This document shows, piece after piece, positions 50,016-58,945 of a DNA stretch of 64,000 bases. Source of the DNA: a virus; the IMG/VR virus record IMGVR_UViG_3300045988_019905; one strand, given 5' to 3'. The number at the start of each line of letters is the position of its first letter. The first letter of the stretch is position 1. The position numbers were made by a program, and so were the translations under genes. The notes under the pieces are model-generated. The model worked only from the letters and a program-made list of their open reading frames with translations, was not told where the DNA came from and searched no databases.

Positions 50016-50624
50016 TCAGCTCTTTTTCTTACCACCGCACGCCATAACAGATATAGGCTTACGACCACCATAACGTTTAACTGGTTGAAGTCTTGTAGGA
50101 AGAGTTTGTCTATAATCATTAGTATTAATACCAATAGGACCAGCAAGAGGAGCTGCAAGAGTTTCTTGCTTCTTTTGTTCATTCTTCTGTATCATACGAT
50201 TGGTATATCCACCTTTAATAGCACCGCCAACAGCATTACCAATAGAAGCACCAATACCGCTTATTCCTTGAACACCAGTAGCTCCTTCGACTAAACTACC
50301 AATTCCAGATACAGTACCGGAGATAACATCTCCCCAACCGCCCCAAGCTTTTCTATTCTTATATTTAGTAATACCACCATATTTTTGAAGTCTTGCTTCA
50401 AATTCTTCACCAGCGCCACCATCATCATAAGAGGCAAGAGCTTCATTAATAGCATTAGCTTCTTGAATTCTTTTATCATATTCTTTGTTGCGCTTTTCAA
50501 TTGCAGCTTGACGTTTAGCTTCTCTCTTTTTCTTAGCACCTCCAATAAGTCCACCAGCAATACTAAGACCAGCTCCAATAATAGCTCCTATAAAAGCTTT
50601 ACGTCTTTTATATTTCTTTTCCAT
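50016..50624 (-). CDS. glycine-zipper membrane-type small protein (202 aa)
   Basis: The track ORF starts at 50648, overlapping the upstream gene. ATG 50624 (MEKKYKRRK...) follows the upstream stop by 1 nt. AFIGAIIGAGLSIAGGLIGGA and GTVSGIGSLVEGATGVQGISGIGASIGNAVGGAIKGG are GxxxG-rich. Confidence 0.55.
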   Translation of the reverse strand: MEKKYKRRKAFIGAIIGAGLSIAGGLIGGAKKKREAKRQAAIEKRNKEYDKRIQEANAINEALASYDDGGAGEEFEARLQKYGGITKYKNRKAWGGWGDVISGTVSGIGSLVEGATGVQGISGIGASIGNAVGGAIKGGYTNRMIQKNEQKKQETLAAPLAGPIGINTNDYRQTLPTRLQPVKRYGGRKPISVMACGGKKKS

Positions 50625-50625
50625 A

Positions 50626-53600
50626 TTAATAACATTGTATATCGTCAATATTTATAGTTTTATTTTCATCTCTAAAGATAAATCTAATAGCAAAATACTT
50701 ACCAACGATAAGTTTATTATCAAGTTTACTAAGTTGTTTATTGACTTCGTTATACTTACCTGTATGTCTATCAATAGGCGGTACAGTCTTTATCTCTTTG
50801 ATTACATTTCTGAACCAGTTCATAAACCATATGCCATATCTGTAATACGGGTGCTTGTAATCTTTCATACTTTCCTTTGGCTTACTAATGTCAACATAAT
50901 CAGAGAAACAACAATTAGTATATATCACAAGTTCATCTCCACAATAATTATCATTACGTTCTTTATTAATAATATAACTAATATAATTAAGAACAGTATC
51001 CATATTCTGATTATTAAATATCACATCAATAAACGAATAAGGAACTATATGAGTATTAATAATACCATCTTCTTCATCAAGTTCTTCAATAGTTTTAAAC
51101 TCACCATTAAAGTAATTAGATGTATTATCAATAAGATTAATATAGTTATTGAATTTAGCAAAATTGAATTTGTCTATTGTGGATTCATTAGCAAAATAAA
51201 CATTATCTTTAGTATTAAACAAATAGTCATACCAATAAGTATGAGTACTTATCCAAGCCTTATGAAGAAAACTATAAGATATAGCAAACATTTGTTCTGT
51301 GTCACCGGACTTAACTTTACCAAGACAAAGAAGTCTAACGTTCTTTTCATCAATAGCAAAGTTTATATCAGTAACTTCTTTTGTAAGAAGATTCTTAAAT
51401 CCAGCTGTTATATCTTCAAGATTATTCTCGTCATAACGATATAGTTTTCGAGCATCATTATCATAAAAGATATAACCATAATTACTACAAATAAATTGAC
51501 CATGTTTCTGAATACCAGCATAACCTTTATTACTTGTAAACACTTCAACATAATCAATACCAAAAGCATCAGGTATAACAAGTTGTACATCTTTATTCTC
51601 TGTCTTCATTGAACTATCTCTGTTAAATATAAACATTGAATGTTCACAATGAGCAATAAGATAACTACCAATACCAACAACATTAACAATATTACCTTTG
51701 TTTTCAGCAATAACTTTATATTCTTCAGCTCTAAATGTTCTCCAATTATTTTCTACATTTTCATCACTAATTACATCACTACGACGAATCGTTTTCTTAT
51801 AATTAGTAACATAATTAGAATAAACATCTTTATTAAATGAAGTTAGAACTTTATCAGTATAATCATAATAAGCACTATTAAGCTCAAATAAATTATCAAC
51901 TTTATCCGGTACAATATTCTTATTAGTATGATTATGACTCCAATTAGTATTTCCACTACCATCTGTGTGATAATAAGTAAATGCTCTTGTTACAGGTTCT
52001 GTCTTAAGAGTTCGACAATGATACATATAACGAGAAACAAAAGGAAAACCAATTTTAATAATATGAAAACCATACATATGAAAGAAGTTATTAGCAGGCC
52101 AATTTTCTGTAGGAAGATTAGGATAATAATATTGACCATTATCTCCACGTAGAGGATAAGGACTGCCATCAGTTAGTATAAGACCACATACTGGTATAGT
52201 AACTAATTCATATTTAAAGTTTCTTCTTGTAGTACCATTTGAATCTTGAATCTCATATTTATCAGTATAAACATAATAATCATAATCATATTTAATACTC
52301 GAAGACGAACCATAAGTATAACCTCCGGGTTTATTCTCTATATATTCATCATAAGCAATATAACCAAGACTTATAAGTTTCTTATTAGTATTAGTATATA
52401 TTTCATTAGTATAATTATATAGAAGTCCCATACGTTTATAAGTGTATGTTGTAATACGATTATTAATATCAATACCTTTTACAGGAGTAAAGTTTGTATC
52501 TCTATTAAGAGTAAAGTTAATACGGGCAGGCGAACCATTATATACTTCTCCGGGATTCTGAATATTTTTATTTACAACAGCATAAAGTCCATCATATTGA
52601 GCATCATAACTATCATCCCATGGACTATTACTAAGATAATAACCTCCATAATAATTAGTACCATATAATCCAACTTCTTTATTATATCCAACAGTATAAG
52701 TAAATGGAGCACCAAGTTTTATAAAATTAAAAGCATTTGCCCCAACAGTTACAAAGTCTTGGAAATAAGCAGAACCACTTCTTGATATAACACTAATATT
52801 TTGGTCAATAGAACCAACAATAGCACGAGCACAAAGAATAGGCTCTGTTTCTTCATAGCTTATAAAGTATCCTATAAAGTCTTTATACATTGGTATATTA
52901 GAGAATTTAAAATATCCATAAGCTATATCTGTTCCATTATTTACACTTGAAATTGGTCTAAAGAATGTTTCTCCTCTATTATTACGATATGGAGTTGTAT
53001 TATTAGAACTATATGAATCAGGAAATACATTAATAAAATATATATCTTGAATATCATCAGTAAATATTTTAGTAACAGCATGAGCATTAGTAGTATCTGT
53101 AACTCCATTATTCTTAGAATAGGTTTTGCAATCTTCAATAGTAGTGTCATTATTAATTGTATAATATACATAACTACCATCTGCTTTCTTACCAAGATTA
53201 ATATTATAATTAACTTTTACATTATTATTTATTCTAATACCATCTGTATAAGAACCATTAGGATAAACATAATGAATAAAGAAATTATATACATTTTCAG
53301 TAATAGCCCATTTTCTATCAGGAGAAGCAACATAACTATTAATTAGAATACGGTCATTATAAGCAATATTATAAACATTAATATATTGACCAGCAGTATA
53401 ACCATTATCAAGTTTAACACTCGATGTACGATACTGCCATATATTTACACGTTGAGTATATACAGTAGGGTCAACATCATTAAAATCAAAAATTATCTCT
53501 GTATTCTTTCTATTATTAAAATCTGGAATATTAATAATAACTCCACGATAAGCATATATAGCTTCTGAATAATTACTTTCAGCATATCTCCCAACATCAG

Positions 53601-55161
53601 CTTTACGAAAAGCTATATAAATATTATCAATATTTCCATAAAACAATTGTGTATCCTCATCATTATAAGGAGTAAAACGAAGAAACGCAGTATCATCTTT
53701 AAGGATACCACGCGCTCTATAATATTCTTTAATAGGAATAAGAATACAATAATCTAAATCAACACCAATAGTATTAGCATCAATTTGAGTTCTATTATAA
53801 ATTCCAACTTCATATACTTGACAATCTGTCATATATACTTTAGTAGAATTACTAAGAGCTTGGATATAACATTTATATTCTTTATCTAATTCAAAATCTG
53901 AATTAACAGGTTTTCTATCAGGGTTATTCCAAACATATTCAATAGCATTAGCTCTTCCAATTATACCATTGATAGGAAGATTAGCAGTATCTATCTTTGC
54001 AGAAAATGGTTCAGTTAGTTCTTCAAATTCAGCATCTTCAACTTTATTTTCTTCTCCGCCACTACGACTACGACCAAAGAAATCTACAAAATCATCAATA
54101 CTTGCTTGTTTAACAAAACTAACTTCTATACCACTTGTATCAATTTGGTCTACTACACTATTAGCATTTTCTTCTATATAATCAGCTACATAAAGTCTAT
54201 TCTGATAATTACATAGAGTATTGACATTATAAAGATTGAAGAAAGTAGACGTCATTTCGTCTATACTAATAGTATATTTATCATCTTGTTTATTAGTAAG
54301 ATTATAGATATTATTACCTATATCAGTTTTACCTTCAACAATAGCAATAGTTTCATGTTTAACAGTAGTAAGTACATATCCAATCTGATAATACTTATAA
54401 GTATTGGTCTTATCAAATATATCAATAACAAGTTGAATAGTCTTAGAGTTCTTTTCAGAAGTAGAGGAATATTCATCTTTAAGAATAACATTAGCCATAT
54501 AATTAGTATTATCACTATTTTTATATGCTACATACCAAGAGTTTTCAAGCTCTTTAACAGCAACTTCATTATAGACTATAATGGGAGCACCTAATTTAAA
54601 CCAATGAGTATAATCATATTCATTATTAAAGAATCTAATAAATAGAGCATAAGTTCCATTATATATAAGTCCGGAACCATTAACAAGATTATAAGCTCTA
54701 AGATTATAATTAGGAATAGGAGGATTCAAAGTATATTTACTTTCATCTCCAAAATTATCATAATTTGGTTCATCAAGATTAATACTTTTAAGAGGAACTC
54801 TTCCAATAGGATTATGTTCACTAATAGCAACAATAAGTTCATTATTGACATTGTAAGTATAGTCTCCAAATACTCGACCACCACCCCAAGTCCAATTGGT
54901 TACAACTTCTTTTTGAGTTCCCTCTTTTTCATTATATCTAATAATCCTATTCTTATTTGTAAAAAGAATAAATTCATTAGAACAAGCAATATGACCAACA
55001 ATTAATTCTCCATCTGGAAGAGCAACAAATTCTTCAATGGCATTTTCATTCTGAATACCACCATTATCAGTATTAACAACGATATTACTCGCATGAGCAA
55101 GAGTTCCACTTTCAAGAAACTCTATATCATTGTCTGTGTCAAGTCTTTTATTAATTTCCAT
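50626..55161 (-). CDS. large tail structural protein (1511 aa), possibly the muzzle/hub-type component
   Basis: Asn/Tyr-rich ORF predicted to be beta-rich. It sits just upstream of the internal-protein block, as the tail muzzle gene does in characterised crAss-like phages. The functional call rests on position only. Confidence 0.5.
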   Translation of the reverse strand: MEINKRLDTDNDIEFLESGTLAHASNIVVNTDNGGIQNENAIEEFVALPDGELIVGHIACSNEFILFTNKNRIIRYNEKEGTQKEVVTNWTWGGGRVFGDYTYNVNNELIVAISEHNPIGRVPLKSINLDEPNYDNFGDESKYTLNPPIPNYNLRAYNLVNGSGLIYNGTYALFIRFFNNEYDYTHWFKLGAPIIVYNEVAVKELENSWYVAYKNSDNTNYMANVILKDEYSSTSEKNSKTIQLVIDIFDKTNTYKYYQIGYVLTTVKHETIAIVEGKTDIGNNIYNLTNKQDDKYTISIDEMTSTFFNLYNVNTLCNYQNRLYVADYIEENANSVVDQIDTSGIEVSFVKQASIDDFVDFFGRSRSGGEENKVEDAEFEELTEPFSAKIDTANLPINGIIGRANAIEYVWNNPDRKPVNSDFELDKEYKCYIQALSNSTKVYMTDCQVYEVGIYNRTQIDANTIGVDLDYCILIPIKEYYRARGILKDDTAFLRFTPYNDEDTQLFYGNIDNIYIAFRKADVGRYAESNYSEAIYAYRGVIINIPDFNNRKNTEIIFDFNDVDPTVYTQRVNIWQYRTSSVKLDNGYTAGQYINVYNIAYNDRILINSYVASPDRKWAITENVYNFFIHYVYPNGSYTDGIRINNNVKVNYNINLGKKADGSYVYYTINNDTTIEDCKTYSKNNGVTDTTNAHAVTKIFTDDIQDIYFINVFPDSYSSNNTTPYRNNRGETFFRPISSVNNGTDIAYGYFKFSNIPMYKDFIGYFISYEETEPILCARAIVGSIDQNISVISRSGSAYFQDFVTVGANAFNFIKLGAPFTYTVGYNKEVGLYGTNYYGGYYLSNSPWDDSYDAQYDGLYAVVNKNIQNPGEVYNGSPARINFTLNRDTNFTPVKGIDINNRITTYTYKRMGLLYNYTNEIYTNTNKKLISLGYIAYDEYIENKPGGYTYGSSSSIKYDYDYYVYTDKYEIQDSNGTTRRNFKYELVTIPVCGLILTDGSPYPLRGDNGQYYYPNLPTENWPANNFFHMYGFHIIKIGFPFVSRYMYHCRTLKTEPVTRAFTYYHTDGSGNTNWSHNHTNKNIVPDKVDNLFELNSAYYDYTDKVLTSFNKDVYSNYVTNYKKTIRRSDVISDENVENNWRTFRAEEYKVIAENKGNIVNVVGIGSYLIAHCEHSMFIFNRDSSMKTENKDVQLVIPDAFGIDYVEVFTSNKGYAGIQKHGQFICSNYGYIFYDNDARKLYRYDENNLEDITAGFKNLLTKEVTDINFAIDEKNVRLLCLGKVKSGDTEQMFAISYSFLHKAWISTHTYWYDYLFNTKDNVYFANESTIDKFNFAKFNNYINLIDNTSNYFNGEFKTIEELDEEDGIINTHIVPYSFIDVIFNNQNMDTVLNYISYIINKERNDNYCGDELVIYTNCCFSDYVDISKPKESMKDYKHPYYRYGIWFMNWFRNVIKEIKTVPPIDRHTGKYNEVNKQLSKLDNKLIVGKYFAIRFIFRDENKTINIDDIQCY

Positions 55162-55213
55162 ATAGATTGACTTATTTTAAAGCCCGCACAGCCATTATCT
55201 CGATTCGACTTGA

Positions 55214-55351
55214 TTAGTTCATTGATATAAAAAATATCTCTGAATAGAGGTCAAAAGAATTAGGTCTACGGACGTCATTTACGGGTACGCACCGGATAGT
55301 GAAAACATACAGCCCGTTTACTACTTTGATAAGTTCTACATTATCATTCAT
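55214..55351 (-). CDS. possible small protein (45 aa)
   Basis: Translated by hand: MNDNVELIKVVNGLYVFTIRCVPVNDVRRPNSFDLYSEIFFISMN. It starts 6 nt after the upstream stop, in an otherwise 195-nt gap. Confidence 0.25.
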   Translation of the reverse strand: MNDNVELIKVVNGLYVFTIRCVPVNDVRRPNSFDLYSEIFFISMN

Positions 55352-55357
55352 AGTATC

Positions 55358-56266
55358 TCAACGTTTAGGAAAAGTATAATTATAGAAATAACTTCTCCAA
55401 GCATTACTATCATCATTACCTGTTTGTTTCTGCATATCAACAATCACTCCGGCTCTTGCTTTATCTTTAAGTTGCATCCACTGATAATAAGGATTAGTAC
55501 CATACTGACTTGCATTAAGATTAAATACCGGATGCTTCATACCACGACATAACATCTTATACATACAGTAAAAACCAATAGCTTCAATAAGAATACCATT
55601 ATTAGGTATAACAGGTACATCACATTTATAATAATCACTATATTCAGTTTCAACTTCAAGAGATTCAATCTCTATACAATCAGCATCATAATTAAGTTCA
55701 ATAGTATCTCCACAAATAAGGACATAGTTTCTATCTTCACTTCCCTTACGGGGGGTAGAATAAATCTCCTCATGTACAATATGTTGATAAGCAGGTACAT
55801 CACTATTAGTATGAATTGCAACAGAACCATAAGTTTCTTTACCAGTATAACCGGTATCCACAACTGATACTCTATCAGACGCTCCACAATCACAAGGAGG
55901 ATAAACAACACAATCAGGATTATCTCTATCAGTAGGTTTATTATAATACCCTTGACCAGATGGGCGACCCCCCGTAGAGGGTGTGCAGGAACAATCCTTA
56001 CTCCCACCGGTAAGCCGTTTAATCTCACAACCATTACTATCATATACTTTAAGTTCTCTGTCACTAAGTGGACAATAACTACGAGCTATACGATTAGTAA
56101 CATTAAGTTTTCGTCTCTTAGGAACATACCTAAGGACATCAAGCTGACTCATTGCATCAATAGTCCAAGCAATAACACGAGGAATCCAGTCACTACCATC
56201 AGGATTAAAATCGTTGTCTATTTTGGCTATTATGCGCTCCACGCTTGTATTTACATTGTTCAACAT
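55358..56266 (-). CDS. hypothetical structural protein, Cys-rich centre (302 aa)
   Basis: ORF. It carries two motif copies 220 bp apart. Confidence 0.6.
   Translation of the reverse strand: MLNNVNTSVERIIAKIDNDFNPDGSDWIPRVIAWTIDAMSQLDVLRYVPKRRKLNVTNRIARSYCPLSDRELKVYDSNGCEIKRLTGGSKDCSCTPSTGGRPSGQGYYNKPTDRDNPDCVVYPPCDCGASDRVSVVDTGYTGKETYGSVAIHTNSDVPAYQHIVHEEIYSTPRKGSEDRNYVLICGDTIELNYDADCIEIESLEVETEYSDYYKCDVPVIPNNGILIEAIGFYCMYKMLCRGMKHPVFNLNASQYGTNPYYQWMQLKDKARAGVIVDMQKQTGNDDSNAWRSYFYNYTFPKR
55741..55758 (-). repeat. GC-rich dispersed motif copy (variant TTACGGGGGG)
   Basis: TTCCCTTACGGGGGGTAG. The coding strand encodes STPRKG. Confidence 0.7.
55963..55989 (+). repeat. GC-rich dispersed motif copy
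   Basis: GGCGACCCCCCGTAGAGGGTGTGCAGG. The coding strand encodes CTPSTGGRP. Confidence 0.9.
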
Positions 56267-57170
56267 TTCTAATATATTTTAAATAAGCAGTTTTATCAAC
56301 AATGTTATATATCACAAGTTTAGCACGAATATCTAATCTAAGATTAAGAACTGAATCACGAGTTGGACATTGACTGGCAATCTCTTCATAACTCTTACCA
56401 CGAAGTTCTTTATGAATATATTCAGTATGTTCAAATTGAATATTCTGACGAGCTACATATCTATTATTAACAACACAAATATCATAAAATGTAGGAGTTT
56501 TCTTATAAACAATATAAGGAACACCATCATATTTAATACCTCTAAGTTTATATACCTCAGCCATCTTCTTACTATATGGAGTTTTACCTTCGGCAATCAA
56601 CTTAGCTTTAGCTTCATTAGTAGCTTTATAATCAATAAAGTTTTTCTTAATCTTATCTTCGTCGCTATACTTCCAACGGTTTATCATTAAATCTCCAAGA
56701 CCATAACCATATTGATAAGCATATCCCTCTAAGCAACATTTCTGTACACCATACTGATAAAACTTAGCAATATAATCACGATATTTAGAGAACTTAAGTT
56801 TAGAACGTTTCTCTGCAAGTTTAATAGCTGTATTAATAGCTCTACATTTCTTAAGAAGATTACAATACTTAATGATTTGTAGAAGTACTATTCGTTCTTG
56901 TCCCTCTTGATAAACTTCAAGTTTAGAATAAACTTTATTAAGAAGAGTTTCATCAGGATTATATTGACCTATTACCCATTCTGTCTTATAATCTGACATT
57001 GAAATGCCAATATTCTTAGATATAAAACCAAGACGTTCAGTAATAAATTCTCTGATATTACCTTTGACTTTAACAGCTGTATCATATTCTTCTTGAAACT
57101 TCTTAATATCACTATTAGCATCTTCGAGATACTTTTTATAATAATGCTTTATTTCAATATCTGGAACCAT
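56205..57170 (-). CDS. hypothetical structural protein (321 aa)
   Basis: ORF. Its 3' end overlaps the next gene by 62 nt in a different frame. Confidence 0.6.
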   Translation of the reverse strand: MVPDIEIKHYYKKYLEDANSDIKKFQEEYDTAVKVKGNIREFITERLGFISKNIGISMSDYKTEWVIGQYNPDETLLNKVYSKLEVYQEGQERIVLLQIIKYCNLLKKCRAINTAIKLAEKRSKLKFSKYRDYIAKFYQYGVQKCCLEGYAYQYGYGLGDLMINRWKYSDEDKIKKNFIDYKATNEAKAKLIAEGKTPYSKKMAEVYKLRGIKYDGVPYIVYKKTPTFYDICVVNNRYVARQNIQFEHTEYIHKELRGKSYEEIASQCPTRDSVLNLRLDIRAKLVIYNIVDKTAYLKYIRNVEQCKYKRGAHNSQNRQRF

Positions 57171-57176
57171 AAGAGA

Positions 57177-57887
57177 TTATCTATTTAGTAAATTATCAGT
57201 AGGAACTTCATTAGTCTCTCTTGGTACTTGAAGAAGATTACGTTTAAAGATAATATCCTTAATAGCACCAACCATATCTTCCGGCAATAAGAACTCATCA
57301 TCGTCAAACATATCGTCTGTATCAATATTATAACCGGAAGTATCTTTCTTACTCTCATGAGTTTCTATTTCAATAAGATGTGGAGTTTCAAATACAGATT
57401 CCACAACAATAGCATTAACAGTCTTAAACCAAACAGCAGTATTATCTTTAGTAAAGAAATAAATATACTCATTGATATAATCCCAACAAGGAAGATTACA
57501 CATACCAACTAAATGAGTATAAAACTTAGCACTTGCTTCTTTAGCAAAAGGAAGTTCATGATTATCATAACCAGCAGTACGAACACTTTGGAATGGCAGA
57601 TTATTCGTAAGTCTAACAGGACGTGGAACTTTCTGAGCTGTTCGTTTAATTGGCTTAATCATATATTCAGCACTATTATGAAAATCCCCATCGGGAACAT
57701 CAATAAGACTCAACTTAACTCTTTGTTGAAGTCCTTTATCAACATATCTATTATTCTCAAAACTACGTCTGATAAGTTCATTACGAGTATGAAGAATAGC
57801 ATATTTAATATTCCTACGTAGAGGAACATTATTAGGTTGCCCAACAGCATGAGCAATCTCTGAAATTAATTGATTGATAGATGACAT
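57177..57887 (-). CDS. hypothetical structural protein (236 aa)
   Basis: The track ORF starts at 57926. ATG 57887 (MSSINQLISEIAH...) avoids a hydrophobic artefactual leader. Confidence 0.55.
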   Translation of the reverse strand: MSSINQLISEIAHAVGQPNNVPLRRNIKYAILHTRNELIRRSFENNRYVDKGLQQRVKLSLIDVPDGDFHNSAEYMIKPIKRTAQKVPRPVRLTNNLPFQSVRTAGYDNHELPFAKEASAKFYTHLVGMCNLPCWDYINEYIYFFTKDNTAVWFKTVNAIVVESVFETPHLIEIETHESKKDTSGYNIDTDDMFDDDEFLLPEDMVGAIKDIIFKRNLLQVPRETNEVPTDNLLNR

Positions 57888-57935
57888 AATTAGCAGTATT
57901 ACTTGTAAGAAGATTAGCAACTCCATCTACTCTTA

Positions 57936-57943
57936 CAAATATA
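57936..57943 (-). promoter_or_regulatory. possible -7 box (reverse complement TATATTTG)
   Basis: TAnnTTTG match about 50 nt upstream of ATG 57887, directly downstream of a terminator. A CTTG lies 19 nt upstream. Confidence 0.3.
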
Positions 57944-57992
57944 CCTTTTTAAAATTAACTTCCAAGTGTTTACCAAAATTTTATAGTTGGTT

Positions 57993-58037
57993 AAAACAAA
58001 GAAAGCGGCAGCACGTTATCTCAACGTACTACCGCTT
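57993..58037 (-). terminator. rho-independent terminator (- strand)
   Basis: AAGCGGCAG (58003-58011) pairs with CTACCGCTT (58029-58037) with one mismatch. On the - strand it is followed by TTTCTTTGTTTT. It lies 23 nt after the stop at 58060. Confidence 0.65.
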
Positions 58038-58059
58038 CACCTTTAGTATGAACACCTCT

Positions 58060-58566
58060 TTAAATCTCTTTGAAATAATTCCATACTTTACCAGCACCAG
58101 CATCTTCATCTTTAAACCAAAAGTTAATTGCTGAATAAATTACTTTTTCATCAAGTTGTTCTTCTGTAAGATTAGGAAACCAATCTTGGTATAAACGAAC
58201 ATAGTCATGGTATTGTGCATTAACTGCAACATAAACATCCCAATAAGTAATTTCTCGATTAATATTACGAACGTGTTTATCATAAATAGCTTTAGCGTCT
58301 TCAACAGTAAAGACTTCTCCACGACAAACAATACCATTAGCTTTAGTATGATACATACTACAAACTTGGTAAGTAGCATAGACTTCATCAAAATGAGGAC
58401 CACGAAGTCTTTCATGGAACTCGCGCATAGCATCCCAAAAAGCAGTTTTGTTATGGTCTTCTACATAATCAAAAGCTTCATGAAAACCCTTGATAGCTTC
58501 AAGTAGTTCTCCTTGTGGAATAGTTGCTATATTGTAACCTTTAATAATCTCTTTATAATGATGCAT
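58060..58566 (-). CDS. hypothetical protein (168 aa)
   Basis: ORF. Confidence 0.6.
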   Translation of the reverse strand: MHHYKEIIKGYNIATIPQGELLEAIKGFHEAFDYVEDHNKTAFWDAMREFHERLRGPHFDEVYATYQVCSMYHTKANGIVCRGEVFTVEDAKAIYDKHVRNINREITYWDVYVAVNAQYHDYVRLYQDWFPNLTEEQLDEKVIYSAINFWFKDEDAGAGKVWNYFKEI

Positions 58567-58567
58567 A

Positions 58568-58942
58568 TCACTTAGATGTTAGAGTTTCTTTGAAAGCATT
58601 AAGGTCATTAGTATCAAGTTCTATTACTTTATCAATAAGTGGAATCTTAACACGAATAGTGCCATTACCGATTTCAACACCACCAAGAACTTCTGGATAC
58701 TTCTTGACTTGAGCAACGAGAAGATTATCTGCCGTTTCATTTATGATTCCCTCAATATCAACCATACCATTATCATCCTGTGCAAGTTTCAGAAGAGAAT
58801 CAAATTTAGCAATATTATTATTAATAACTCTTGCTATATATGGACGAGCAATGAGAACAACAGGATTAGTACTTGACAATTCAGATAGTTTAGCATTTGC
58901 AAAGCCAACTACTTTATCTATTATGACTTTTCTTTCAACCAT
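58568..58942 (-). CDS. hypothetical protein (124 aa)
   Basis: ORF tightly packed between its neighbours. Confidence 0.55.
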   Translation of the reverse strand: MVERKVIIDKVVGFANAKLSELSSTNPVVLIARPYIARVINNNIAKFDSLLKLAQDDNGMVDIEGIINETADNLLVAQVKKYPEVLGGVEIGNGTIRVKIPLIDKVIELDTNDLNAFKETLTSK

Positions 58943-58945
58943 AGT

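Noticed and set aside
55174-55185. A possible sixth R2 box (reverse complement GGGCTTTAAAAT) 12 nt upstream of ATG 55161.
   Set aside because: Only the TTTAAAA core matches. The flanking R2 blocks are absent and the spacing to the start differs. It is not distinguishable from chance in AT-rich sequence.
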